A stretch of DNA of 64,000 nt from Phycisphaerales bacterium. GTDB lineage: Bacteria > Planctomycetota > Phycisphaerae > Phycisphaerales > UBA1924. The first letter of the stretch is position 1. Every line of letters starts with the position of its first letter. The notes under the pieces were generated by a model. That model saw nothing but the letters and a program-made list of their open reading frames with translations. It was not told the origin of the DNA and ran no database searches. Shown piece by piece: positions 45,582 through 55,601 of the stretch. The stretch covers positions 38,004-102,003 of the forward strand of contig JARGPA010000009.1 of NCBI GenBank assembly GCA_029213305.1, written 5' to 3'. The translations under genes and the position numbers were made by a program.

Positions 45582-48533
45582 ATGACCAGCACCCCAACCC
45601 AAGGCCGACACGCAATGGCAAACTCAGTTTCGTCGTATTCACCGATTACTCCGAGTGATATCGAAGCGCATTCACTGTTCCCAACTCGTCACATCGGTCC
45701 TCGCGATAGTGATGGTGCAGAAATGCTGCGATCAATCGGACTCGATTCGATGGATGAGTTGATCAATCAGGTTGTCCCCGCGGATATCCGACTAAATGGC
45801 GAGCTCGATCTTCCTGCAGCACGCACAGAATACAACCTATGGCACGATCTCAGAAAGATCGCAGAGAAGAACAAACTGTTCAGATCATGTATCGGTATGG
45901 GGTACACTGGGACGATCACCCCGGCTGTAATCCTAAGAAATGTGTTAGAGAATCCTCAGTGGTACACGCAATACACGCCGTATCAACCCGAGACAGCGCA
46001 AGGACGACTTGAAGCATTACTCAACTTCCAGACCATGATCTCTGATCTAACGGGATTGCCTCTCGCGAGCTCATCATTGCTTGACGAAGGGACTGCGGCG
46101 GCTGAAGCAGTCGCGATGGTTGTTTCGATTGGGCGCAACAAACGAGCAAAGTTTTTCGTTGCAGAGGATTGTCATCCACAAACAATTGCCGTCGTAAGAA
46201 CACGAGCAGAAGCGATGGGTGTTGAGATTGTTGTTGCAGCTGCAGAATCGTTTGATCTCGCGGATAATCAAGCCGCGGGTGTGTTGTTACAGTACCCAAC
46301 AAGTGATGGGCGCATCGAGAACTACGAACAGTTGACCAAAGATGCACATGAAAATGGAATGATGGTCGTCGCGGCTGTCGATTTGCTTTCATTGACTCTT
46401 CTCAAAGCACCTGGGGTTTGGGGCGCAGATATTTGTGTTGGAAACGCTCAGAGGTTTGGAGTTCCAATGGGATTCGGCGGCCCTCACGCGGGATTCATGT
46501 CCACGAGTGAAGCTCATGTCCGTAAAATGCCAGGTCGATTAGTCGGGGTATCTCGCGATGTAAACGGGAATCCTGCACTCCGTCTCGCGATCCAGACACG
46601 CGAACAACATATCAAACGAGACAGAGCAACAAGTAACATCTGTACTGCTCAGGTACTGCTTGCGATCATGTCGTCCATGTACGGCGTGTATCACGGACCT
46701 GATGGGCTCACAAACATCGCAAAGCGTGTTCATGCTCAAACGCAAACCTTGCGAGTTGGGTTGATGGATCTTGGACATGAAATTTCAAGCGAGCAAGTGT
46801 TTGATACACTCCGTGTTCGAGTGAATGGAGATACTGATGCAGTGCTTGGTGCTGCTCGAGCTCGAAGGATAAACCTGAGGGACTTCAACGATGGAACTCT
46901 TGGAATCACCCTTGATGAAACTGCGGACCATGGATTGTTGCATGATCTACTCGAATCATTCGGTGGTAGCAACGAAGAAGATCTCAACGAACTCGCTCAA
47001 CGGGCAACACTCGATATTGACGAGTGTTCAAGGCGCACTACGCCTTTCATGACGCATGAAGTGTTTAATAGTCATCGATCTGAAACTGAAATGCTCAGGT
47101 ACATCACTGAGCTACAATCACGAGAGCTCTCACTTGCACATTCGATGATCCCACTTGGGTCATGCACAATGAAACTGAACGCGACAAGCGAGATGCTCCC
47201 GGTTACTTGGCCTGAGTTTGCTCATATGCATCCATTTGCACCACGGGAACAGTGGGAAGGGTACGCGGTGCTCTTCGATCAACTCGAATCATGGCTCGCA
47301 GAGATTACAGGTTTCGCAGCAGTCTCGTTGATGCCCAACGCAGGAAGCCAAGGCGAGTTTACCGGGTTGCTCACAATCAAAGCATATCACGATCACAACG
47401 GAGAAGGACAACGAAACATCTGTCTGATTCCTGAGAGCGCCCATGGGACAAACCCCGCGTCTGCGATCGTTGCAGGACTCAAGGTTGTTGCAGTAAAAGT
47501 GAACGAAGCTGGCGCTATCGAAATTGAGGATCTCAGAGCGAAAGCTGATAAGCACAAAGATAACCTCGCAGCTGCGATGATTACATACCCATCAACCTGT
47601 GGCGTGTTCGATGACAACATTCGCGAGATGATTGACACAGTTCACGAGTTCGGTGGATTGGTATATCTCGATGGCGCGAACATGAACGCACAAGTCGGGA
47701 TCTGTCGTCCTGGTGATTACGACGCAGATGTGTGTCATCTCAACTTGCACAAAACATTCTGTATCCCACACGGCGGTGGAGGCCCAGGAGTAGGTCCAAT
47801 CGGTGTGAACGATAAGCTCGCTCCGTTCTTGCCTGGACACCCCGTCCGTAACCCTGCAAGCGCAGGTGGGAACGCTGTTGGGCCTGTAAGTTCAGCACCT
47901 GAAGGGAGTGCGAGCATACTTCCAATCTCTTGGACTTATATCGCGCTGATGGGGCCCGATGGGCTCACGAAAGCATCGCAATATGCGATCCTCAATGCGA
48001 ACTATATGGTAGAGCGATTGAAGGATCATTACCCTGTCCTATTCAGAGGATCAAAGGGCCGGGTAGCGCATGAATTTGTGATTGATTGTCGTCAGTTTAA
48101 AAAGAGCGCAGCGATCGAGATCGACGATATTGCAAAGCGATTAATCGACTTTGGATTCCACGCACCAACGATGAGTTGGCCTGTCCCAGGCACATTGATG
48201 ATTGAACCGACGGAATCAGAATCCAAAGCAGAACTTGATCGTTTCTGTGATGCGTTGATCACAATCCGATCTGAAATTGCACAGATTGAAAACGGTGAGT
48301 ATCCACAAGACGACAATCCGCTCAAAGGTGCGCCTCATTCAATCGCAGCAGTGGGGGCTGACGAATGGACACACCCATATTCACGCGATGTTGCAGCTTA
48401 TCCCGCGGAGCATCTGCGAAGAGCAAAGTTCTGGTCACCAGTCGGACGGGTTGATAATCCGTTTGGGGATCGAAACTTGATTTGCTCATGTCCAACTGTT
48501 GGAGAGCTTTGCGAAACGGATCTCGATCAGTAA
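45582..48533 (+). CDS. gcvP: Glycine dehydrogenase (decarboxylating), single-chain P-protein of the glycine cleavage system
   Basis: 983 aa. Motifs are [51 protein letters not shown] and the PLP-lysine context [18 protein letters not shown]. Confidence 0.93.
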   Translation: MTSTPTQGRHAMANSVSSYSPITPSDIEAHSLFPTRHIGPRDSDGAEMLRSIGLDSMDELINQVVPADIRLNGELDLPAARTEYNLWHDLRKIAEKNKLFRSCIGMGYTGTITPAVILRNVLENPQWYTQYTPYQPETAQGRLEALLNFQTMISDLTGLPLASSSLLDEGTAAAEAVAMVVSIGRNKRAKFFVAEDCHPQTIAVVRTRAEAMGVEIVVAAAESFDLADNQAAGVLLQYPTSDGRIENYEQLTKDAHENGMMVVAAVDLLSLTLLKAPGVWGADICVGNAQRFGVPMGFGGPHAGFMSTSEAHVRKMPGRLVGVSRDVNGNPALRLAIQTREQHIKRDRATSNICTAQVLLAIMSSMYGVYHGPDGLTNIAKRVHAQTQTLRVGLMDLGHEISSEQVFDTLRVRVNGDTDAVLGAARARRINLRDFNDGTLGITLDETADHGLLHDLLESFGGSNEEDLNELAQRATLDIDECSRRTTPFMTHEVFNSHRSETEMLRYITELQSRELSLAHSMIPLGSCTMKLNATSEMLPVTWPEFAHMHPFAPREQWEGYAVLFDQLESWLAEITGFAAVSLMPNAGSQGEFTGLLTIKAYHDHNGEGQRNICLIPESAHGTNPASAIVAGLKVVAVKVNEAGAIEIEDLRAKADKHKDNLAAAMITYPSTCGVFDDNIREMIDTVHEFGGLVYLDGANMNAQVGICRPGDYDADVCHLNLHKTFCIPHGGGGPGVGPIGVNDKLAPFLPGHPVRNPASAGGNAVGPVSSAPEGSASILPISWTYIALMGPDGLTKASQYAILNANYMVERLKDHYPVLFRGSKGRVAHEFVIDCRQFKKSAAIEIDDIAKRLIDFGFHAPTMSWPVPGTLMIEPTESESKAELDRFCDALITIRSEIAQIENGEYPQDDNPLKGAPHSIAAVGADEWTHPYSRDVAAYPAEHLRRAKFWSPVGRVDNPFGDRNLICSCPTVGELCETDLDQ

Positions 48534-48595
48534 GTTTCATGAGTTTTAGGCGTAATCATTTTGAACGCAATGTGCTGTGATTTGAGTCGAGCTCA

Positions 48596-49165
48596 TTATT
48601 GTATTGTATTCACAAATGTACCTCGTTCACGATCCTTGATCGGTCCAGGGAACGAGAGTGCCTTTGTGTGCGCGACGACATAAACACCTGGGTCCAAAAT
48701 CGTCGCAGCGAAGATCGATTCATTTAAGTTCTGGAGCGCATCTGATCGTTTCATCTCGAATGGTCTCATCGCACCTGTCAAGATAACGGGAACAGTGAGC
48801 TGATTATCTGGAGATGCGTTCTCGACGAGGGATTTGTGAAGCCAATCTCCAGTTTCACACAAAGTGTCTGTGCCGTGAAGGATAACCACTCCTCGACATC
48901 CGTTGGGATCGGCCAAGGGGTCATCAGTCACGGGTCCGATTACGAGTTTTACAGCATCGAGAATCCGGGCCCGATCCGCATCTGTCAGATCAAGTGAATC
49001 TTTCTGCATAAGTTGGAGTGTGTTGACTTGGGTGTCCTCAAGTCTGAGGAGTCTGAGCATTTCCTGCACGATAGATGCCCTGTTCGAGAGGGTTCCTGCG
49101 TGTTCATCGTAGGTTTTCTCGATGGTTCCACCAGTTGAAATCAGCGTGATCTGTCGCATAGGCAT
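48596..49165 (-). CDS. Short (N-domain-only) L-asparaginase-family protein
   Basis: ORF 48596..49348. The start was taken at ATG 49165 because GAGGAG lies 6 nt upstream. ITLISTGGTIEK holds the catalytic Thr motif, and HGTDTL and VPVILTGAMRP are also present. At about 189 aa it lacks the C-terminal domain. Confidence 0.75.
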   Translation of the reverse strand: MPMRQITLISTGGTIEKTYDEHAGTLSNRASIVQEMLRLLRLEDTQVNTLQLMQKDSLDLTDADRARILDAVKLVIGPVTDDPLADPNGCRGVVILHGTDTLCETGDWLHKSLVENASPDNQLTVPVILTGAMRPFEMKRSDALQNLNESIFAATILDPGVYVVAHTKALSFPGPIKDRERGTFVNTIQ

Positions 49166-49231
49166 AAGATGCTCCTCGATTCTTGTCGATATCGTAGTCG
49201 ACGATCGAGTGATGGTCAGGAGGATTCGTTT

Positions 49232-50731
49232 ATGCCGATGCTGAGTCTCAAAGAAGCATATGATAATGCGAAGAGCCTCTATGACAAGGGTTATTATCGG
49301 GCCGCCGTCAATGCGGCGAAGGTCCTCTACAAACAAAAACCTCACCATCCGCCCGTAGTTGCTTTATATGTTGGATCGCTCCTGCGTGTTCAGAGGTTCA
49401 AAGAAGGAATTTTGATTGCGAAACGATCATTAAGACACATTACTTTCAAAGAACATCGGATCGCGATCATCAATCAGCTCAGTGAAGGACTCACCCAAGC
49501 AGGGCAACTCGATGACGCAATCGAGATGATCAGATTAGAGTTTGAAAAGCAACCCAATCATCCATCACTTATCGCAGCGTACACCCATCTTCTCGTGATG
49601 AACAATCAACGAGATGTTGCGGTAGAGTTCATTGACTCCTTGCGAGAGCAAGGAATCGAGGGGTTGGTGATCGCTGCTGTCTTCGGCCGAGCAGTCTTAA
49701 GAACGGATCGAAGAGATGAAGCAATCGAATGGATCACCAGACTCCTAGAAGAAAACGAAGACGCAGACCCAAACCAGAAACAACAAGCGCTCAACTCGCT
49801 GGGGCATCTTCTCGATCGCGCAAAGCGATACGATGAAGCAATGGTTGCATTCAAAGAGTCCAACAAACAAATCGATCCTGGTTTTATCAAGCGTCGACAC
49901 CAAGTTGTTGTTGATTCAATACATCAGAACTGGACACTAGAGCAGATGCAAAGTGTTCAGAGGCCTGATCCACAAGGGATCCGTCCAATATTTATTGTTG
50001 GGATGCCTCGCTCAGGAACGACTCTCACTGAGCAGATCATTGATGCACATCCAAAGGGGTTCGGTGCAGGCGAACTCGGTTTCATGTCCGAGTTGTTTAT
50101 TAGTATTGCTCACAACGAGTTGAACCCATACGAGACGCATCCAAGAGATTACACTACAGAGCAAATCGCAGAGGTTGCTCGAGCCTATCGAGAAGAGACG
50201 GCCGCGATGGTCGCGGATGAATCAGTGGAAGTTATAGTCGATAAAGCGCCAATGAACTTTCATTATTTGGGATTGATCGCACTTGCGTTCCCAGACGCAA
50301 AGATTATTCATTGTCAACGCGATCCACGCGACAACTGTCTTTCTTGTTTCTTCCAGTTGCTCAATCCTGGACATGGATATAGTTTCGATCTTGCCGCGTC
50401 TGGTATTTACTACAGACAGTATCGCCAGATTATGGAGCATTACACTCCACTGATTGCTCAAGAACCATTCAATATGACAATCTTCGAAAACGATTACGAG
50501 GGGATGGTTGCGGATCAGGAGAAACGGACTCGCGAGATTTTAGATTTCATTGGTTTAGAATTTGATCCTGCGTGTCTTGAGTTCCATTCCACAGGCCGAA
50601 TCGCAAACACACTCAGTAATGAGCAGGTTCGTCAACCGATCTACAAATCATCCACCAAGCGATACGAACGATATTCAAAGCATTTGGTCCCTTTAGTCGA
50701 TGCATTGGGTGATGTGCTCGATGATGAATGA
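49232..50731 (+). CDS. TPR-repeat sulfotransferase, paralog 1
   Basis: ORF 49169..50731, with ATG 49232 preceded by AGGAGG. It has an N-terminal TPR half, the 5'-PSB-type loop IFIVGMPRSGTTLTEQII, the 3'-PB-type HCQRDPRDNCLSCFFQ, and the C-terminal QVRQPIYKSSTKRYERY. Confidence 0.8.
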   Translation: MPMLSLKEAYDNAKSLYDKGYYRAAVNAAKVLYKQKPHHPPVVALYVGSLLRVQRFKEGILIAKRSLRHITFKEHRIAIINQLSEGLTQAGQLDDAIEMIRLEFEKQPNHPSLIAAYTHLLVMNNQRDVAVEFIDSLREQGIEGLVIAAVFGRAVLRTDRRDEAIEWITRLLEENEDADPNQKQQALNSLGHLLDRAKRYDEAMVAFKESNKQIDPGFIKRRHQVVVDSIHQNWTLEQMQSVQRPDPQGIRPIFIVGMPRSGTTLTEQIIDAHPKGFGAGELGFMSELFISIAHNELNPYETHPRDYTTEQIAEVARAYREETAAMVADESVEVIVDKAPMNFHYLGLIALAFPDAKIIHCQRDPRDNCLSCFFQLLNPGHGYSFDLAASGIYYRQYRQIMEHYTPLIAQEPFNMTIFENDYEGMVADQEKRTREILDFIGLEFDPACLEFHSTGRIANTLSNEQVRQPIYKSSTKRYERYSKHLVPLVDALGDVLDDE

Positions 50732-50805
50732 TTGATCACGAAATTGAGCACCAAAACGCATATACTGCGAAACGAATAATAATTGCCCATATCCGGGAGT
50801 GAACG

Positions 50806-52332
50806 ATGCAACAACCAGCACAACAGAATCAACCTACGCCTCAACAAGTCTTTGAAGAAGCTTATCGACTTCTCCGTATCGGTGATGTGTACGAAGCTGC
50901 GAAACGAGCAGGTAAGTTGCGAATGCACTTCCCGCAGGATGTTCCAGTGCTCACACTCCACGGGATTGTTCTCGCGCAGATGGGTGTTCATCCTCAAGCG
51001 CTCAGTGATCTGATCTTGGCAGCGAAACTCACAGAAGAAGCACTCAAAAACGAAACGGACGAAAATCCGAATCGTCCGCGCATTGTGGATCAGTTGATTC
51101 GACTCAGTGTTCATATTTGTCGTTCTTCAGTTGCAATCAATGAGTTTGATGCTGCTACTGAAGCAATCGAGAACGCACTGGGTTGGGATCCAGATCGTGG
51201 AGATGCAGTTGCAGCGAAAGCAGAACTCTTCGCAAAGCAAGATCGTGAATCTGAAGCTTTAGAGCTCATCACGAATGCACAAAATGAGATGCTCGAATCA
51301 ATGCCGCTAGCTTTGAGCAAGGGGAAAATCCTTCTCGGTTCAGAGAATACGTCAGATGATGCGTTGAGAGCATCATTGAAAGAACTCAGCACAGAAGCCG
51401 AAGTTTCAGGTTTAGGAGCACTCGATCTGAGCGATCTTCTTCGTGTCATCGGGATGATCCATGATCGACTCGGAGAGTTCGATGAGTCATTTAACTCCTT
51501 CCGCAGAGCTGCGAAACTCCGTCGGGGATCGTATGACCCTCGATCACATACGATGATGACGACAAAGATTTGTGCAGAATGGAACGAAAACAGTCTCACC
51601 AAGTTGATCAAACCCCAAGCGTCGGGTGAACGCTTTGTTCTCTTGCTCGGCGCACCTCAATCTGGAGTTGATGAACTCTCAGAGATGCTCTGCCAGTTCG
51701 ATGGCGCCAAGGTTGTCGGCCCACTCGAAACTCTTTCGATGATCGGTGTCAAACATCTTGGAGCTCGTCAAGGCGTGCTTCGACCAGTACCGTTCGAGCC
51801 ATCGAAGTTCCGTGGCGCTCAAATTAAAGAAGCTGGTGATGCATACAACGACCAAGTTTCGCCGTTACTTGACGACTCGGTTCTTCGAGCTGTTGATACA
51901 CATCCGCACAATATTCCCCTCGCAGGCGCTGCGGCAACAATCCTTCCAGGAATCAACATTGTCATCTGTCGAAGAGACCCGATGGAGTCAATCTTGTCTA
52001 CTTATTGTGATTCGATGATTGGGAACCATCCATACGCAGGGGATCTCGTAAACCTTTCAGGGTTTGTAACGGATTGCAATCGGATGCTCGATCATTGGGC
52101 ATCATTCCTTGGGAACGAATCAATCGGTGCAAATATCGTGGAAGTCGATTATAAAGATCTTGCGAAAGATCCGAAGAAGATTGCCGCAAAGGTTGCCCGT
52201 GAGATCGGACTCGATGCAAGAGCAACTTCAGTGAATCGTGTTCCTGATTTTGATACAGGACCAAGCACACATCCTGAGAAATATGCTTCGTATACAAAAT
52301 CGGTTGAAGAGTTTGTTAACCCAGTGTCATAA
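50806..52332 (+). CDS. TPR-repeat sulfotransferase-like protein, paralog 2 (degenerate PAPS-binding loop)
   Basis: RBS GGGAG. The architecture is the same, but the loop reads FVLLLGAPQSGVDELSEML, the second motif reads CRRDPMESILSTY, and the conserved C-terminal QVRxPIYxSS block is absent. Confidence 0.65.
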   Translation: MQQPAQQNQPTPQQVFEEAYRLLRIGDVYEAAKRAGKLRMHFPQDVPVLTLHGIVLAQMGVHPQALSDLILAAKLTEEALKNETDENPNRPRIVDQLIRLSVHICRSSVAINEFDAATEAIENALGWDPDRGDAVAAKAELFAKQDRESEALELITNAQNEMLESMPLALSKGKILLGSENTSDDALRASLKELSTEAEVSGLGALDLSDLLRVIGMIHDRLGEFDESFNSFRRAAKLRRGSYDPRSHTMMTTKICAEWNENSLTKLIKPQASGERFVLLLGAPQSGVDELSEMLCQFDGAKVVGPLETLSMIGVKHLGARQGVLRPVPFEPSKFRGAQIKEAGDAYNDQVSPLLDDSVLRAVDTHPHNIPLAGAAATILPGINIVICRRDPMESILSTYCDSMIGNHPYAGDLVNLSGFVTDCNRMLDHWASFLGNESIGANIVEVDYKDLAKDPKKIAAKVAREIGLDARATSVNRVPDFDTGPSTHPEKYASYTKSVEEFVNPVS

Positions 52333-52365
52333 CGAGCATTGTTTTTCTGACATCATGCAAATGAA

Positions 52366-53016
52366 TCAGCCACCCTTGCAACCGCAGGAAGCTTTTCCAC
52401 ACCCCTGGTCTGAGCAAGGCTCAGGTTCAGGCATTGGTCCTACAAGCTTTTCGATTTTCGCATTAAGATACCACGCGTGATGCTCAAGGTGCCAGCAATG
52501 GTAGTTCGCAATCGTCCTTGCGCTCATAGGACCATTCGTTGGATGGAGTCCTTCTCGATTCCATTGTTCATCATCGAGTTGCATGAGCAGCGCAACAAGC
52601 CAGGCTCGGCTGGTATGAATCATCGCGAGATCTCCGCCCATTGGGGGGAGCAAGTTTGAGCCTTCAGTACAGCCGTAGATCCCGCCGTCGATGAACGCAT
52701 GTTCATCCCAGAGATGAATTGTTGGACGATCTTCTGCGATGATCTTGCGGATGCGATGTGCAAGCACTACTTCTGCGTCTGCGAGATGTCCGATGAGTAC
52801 TCTGATCGGCCATGTTCCTACGTTCGCATCGTCGAGCCAAGCTTGCGATACTTGATCGTTATCGAGCTCAACAACCCGCGGATCAAAACACTCAAGGCCA
52901 AGATGCATCCTCGAACAGAGCGTTGCGTGATCGAGGTCACGGATTTTACGCATCGAAGGCTTCGGGCAGATCTGGTCTAACTTTGATTCAGTTGCTTGCA
53001 TTGGTTGATTACTCAT
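52366..53016 (-). CDS. DinB-superfamily protein with Cys-rich C-terminal tail
   Basis: ORF 52366..53037 has a TTG start, and ATG 53016 is more likely. HLADAEVVLAHRIR and HLEHHAWYL are DinB-like His metal-site helices. The tail is CSDQGCGKASCGCKGG. Confidence 0.6.
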   Translation of the reverse strand: MSNQPMQATESKLDQICPKPSMRKIRDLDHATLCSRMHLGLECFDPRVVELDNDQVSQAWLDDANVGTWPIRVLIGHLADAEVVLAHRIRKIIAEDRPTIHLWDEHAFIDGGIYGCTEGSNLLPPMGGDLAMIHTSRAWLVALLMQLDDEQWNREGLHPTNGPMSARTIANYHCWHLEHHAWYLNAKIEKLVGPMPEPEPCSDQGCGKASCGCKGG

Positions 53017-53052
53017 AGTCAACAATAGCTCGCACAATGAGAACTTGCTCGA

Positions 53053-53649
53053 TTATGGTACAAACCATCGTAAGCGATAGTTGTTCCCCTCGAATACTGT
53101 ATCAATACCGATCCAATAGAGGGATTCGTTACGAATCCTCGATATTTTAAGTCGAAAAGTGTTTTTACCTACCGTTTCAAGATACAACCCCGGGGTGTAC
53201 TCACCCATTGGCATGAAGTAGAAGAGGCGCCCAATATCCCGGTAGTGCTTGAGCAACTCATCGAAGGCTAACCCCGGATCAAGTCCTCGTTCGTAAAACT
53301 CGTCCTTCGTTCGTTGAGAGAGCACTTGTTCAACAAAGAGTTCTCGTTCACCATTTTGAAGTGTTGTGATGATTTGAGCCATCAACTGTCGGATAGATTT
53401 TGCGTACAGAGTCACGCTTCCATCTTCGTCAACAACTCGGATACCTTCGTCTGGAGTACGCAAGAAATCTGGGAGAGGTCGAGCAGCTTTCTTCTCAGGG
53501 ATATTCGATTCTGCACCTTCGATTCCGGAAAGAATACTAGAACGTGAAACGACTCGTTCATAAGTGCACGCAGACATGCAAAAACTAAAACCCAATACAA
53601 TAAAGGCAATCAAAAGGCGAGTTGATGTTCGCGTACAAATCAGGTTCAT
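53053..53649 (-). CDS. Hypothetical lipoprotein
   Basis: 198 aa with a signal peptide whose Cys context is FSFCMSAC. Its start overlaps the nadB stop (ATGA), implying co-transcription. Confidence 0.55.
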   Translation of the reverse strand: MNLICTRTSTRLLIAFIVLGFSFCMSACTYERVVSRSSILSGIEGAESNIPEKKAARPLPDFLRTPDEGIRVVDEDGSVTLYAKSIRQLMAQIITTLQNGERELFVEQVLSQRTKDEFYERGLDPGLAFDELLKHYRDIGRLFYFMPMGEYTPGLYLETVGKNTFRLKISRIRNESLYWIGIDTVFEGNNYRLRWFVP

Positions 53650-55382
53650 AGCCGTAAGTTCGATACGCCGGAATCTTGGTCCGGTTCTGATTGATCTGCG
53701 AGAGACTCAGAATCTTCACCCTTGGCAAGAGAATGAGCATATCGAGGAGAATCTAAATCACGAGTCCAAATTGTATGACGATGTTGTTCATCTCGAGTTG
53801 ATGTGTTCGATTGATCGATCGGAGACCCGATGATGCAATGAGCTCCGATTGATTGGGTTCGATGGAGTGCAGATCGAGCAATCAACGCCCCTGCAGTGAG
53901 CATGTTCTGGACCTCCCATCCATCGGGAGTTTCAAAGACTTTATCAAGTGTATAGCGCCCCCAAAGATCGAACATCGTGCATGCATCGTCGAGTTTGGTC
54001 ATTGTGCGTTCAATCCCAGCATTAAACCACATTGTTGATCGAAGAGAAGATCGAACATCCTCAAGATCAAGCTCAGCGTGATTCGATCGTTCAATTGTTG
54101 AGATGATCGGGCTCGGGGTAATCTGTTGGGAATCGACTCGATTAGCTGCTTCTTCTCCTGCGATTGCACCCATTACGAGCCCTTCAAGCAGCGAGTTAGA
54201 TGCAAGTCGATTCGCGCCGTGAAGTCCTGTGCAAGAGACTTCTCCAACTGCGAGTAAGTTTGGAAGATTTGTCCGAGTCCGGAGATCAGTTCGAACCCCT
54301 CCGATTGTGTAATGAGCAGCGGGATGAACCGGGATGAGATCCTTTGCAGGATCGAGTCCAAATGAGTTTAATGTTGAATGAATTCCCGGGAACCGCTCTG
54401 GGAAGTGTTCGATATGTCGACAATCGAGCCAGACATGTTTGCCGCCTTGGATCGCGAGTTGTTTTACGATTGCATTAGCAACAACATCACGAGGAGCGAG
54501 CTCTGCGAGCTTGTGTATATCAGGCATGAATCGATGCCCGGCGTGATCTAATAAAAAAGCTCCTTCGCCGCGGACTGCTTCTGAGATGAGTGCACGCGTT
54601 GCACCAGGAATATAGAGTGTTGTAGGATGGAACTGGATGAACTCCATGTCCGCGAGTTCTGCGCCTGCGCGATACGCCATTGCGATCCCGTCAGCTGTTG
54701 CTACGCGTGGATTGCTCGTCTCACGATAGACTTGGCCCGCACCACCCATTGCGAGGATCGTAGTTCGAGCCCAAACAACTTGTAACCCGTATTTAGGGTG
54801 CCATGTCATTGCGCCGAGTATGGGCGAGTTTGGTGTGTTTGATTGTGTGAGTAGATCGATGACATAACAATGATCAAACAAACGGATGTTGTCTTGTTGC
54901 TTTGCTTTATCTATGAGTGTGCGTTGGAGTTCAATTCCAGTTGCATCTCCATCAGAATGAAAAACGCGTGAGGCGTGATGTCCACCTTCTCGGCCTGCAA
55001 GTAGATTTCCCTCATCGTCGCGATCGAACTGCATTCCCCAATCGATAATTTCACGAATACATGCGGGACCTTGACGACAAACAAGATCCACGGCTTCACG
55101 ATCGCAGAGGCCTGCGCCCGCGGTCATGGTGTCTTCGATGTGAGCTTCGATTGTGTCGTTGTCCTTGAGAACTCCTGCGATTCCACCTTGTGCCCATGAG
55201 GTGTTGGTCTGATCCAACGATTCCTTTGCACAAACGATGACTTGTCCGTTCTTTGAAGCGCCGATCGCGCTCCGAAGTCCTGCAACTCCCGATCCAAGCA
55301 CAAGCGTGTCACAGAAAATTTGCGGCAAAAGCCCCGTACGGAACGGGATCAAGTATCGACGAGTATCAAAGATTGTGTTCAA
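53646..55382 (-). CDS. nadB: L-aspartate oxidase
   Basis: 578 aa. It has the FAD dinucleotide fold DTLVLGSGVAGLRSA, then SWAQGGIAGV, FHPT and RLASNSLLEG. The acidic C-terminal extension has no obvious counterpart in the NadB proteins I know. Confidence 0.9.
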   Translation of the reverse strand: MNTIFDTRRYLIPFRTGLLPQIFCDTLVLGSGVAGLRSAIGASKNGQVIVCAKESLDQTNTSWAQGGIAGVLKDNDTIEAHIEDTMTAGAGLCDREAVDLVCRQGPACIREIIDWGMQFDRDDEGNLLAGREGGHHASRVFHSDGDATGIELQRTLIDKAKQQDNIRLFDHCYVIDLLTQSNTPNSPILGAMTWHPKYGLQVVWARTTILAMGGAGQVYRETSNPRVATADGIAMAYRAGAELADMEFIQFHPTTLYIPGATRALISEAVRGEGAFLLDHAGHRFMPDIHKLAELAPRDVVANAIVKQLAIQGGKHVWLDCRHIEHFPERFPGIHSTLNSFGLDPAKDLIPVHPAAHYTIGGVRTDLRTRTNLPNLLAVGEVSCTGLHGANRLASNSLLEGLVMGAIAGEEAANRVDSQQITPSPIISTIERSNHAELDLEDVRSSLRSTMWFNAGIERTMTKLDDACTMFDLWGRYTLDKVFETPDGWEVQNMLTAGALIARSALHRTQSIGAHCIIGSPIDQSNTSTRDEQHRHTIWTRDLDSPRYAHSLAKGEDSESLADQSEPDQDSGVSNLRL

Positions 55383-55410
55383 GCATGGCTCCAGCTCTTG
55401 ACGACGATTC

Positions 55411-55434
55411 CAACAAGGTCGACAACAAGGTCGA
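55411..55434. promoter_or_regulatory. Perfect 12-bp tandem direct repeat in the nadB / sulfotransferase-3 divergent intergenic region
   Basis: CAACAAGGTCGA occurs twice in tandem, 29-52 nt upstream of the nadB start. Its function is unknown. Confidence 0.25.
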
Positions 55435-55601
55435 GTATTCTATGCGTTCCCAATGGGTGGGAATTCTGTATGCTCATCGGTCTAAGATACGAACTCAAGC
55501 GGTGTTTAGATCGTCAAGAATCCCCAAGGTAGGCGACTTGTGCAAGTCAAATACTGGGTAAATGGCCTTGATTGATTGATCGATCGGAGTGATCAGAGCG
55601 T

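Noticed and set aside
50641-51611. Minus-strand ORFs of 157 and 166 aa.
   Set aside because: They are antisense to sulfotransferase paralogs 1 and 2 and give low-complexity Ser/Arg-rich translations.
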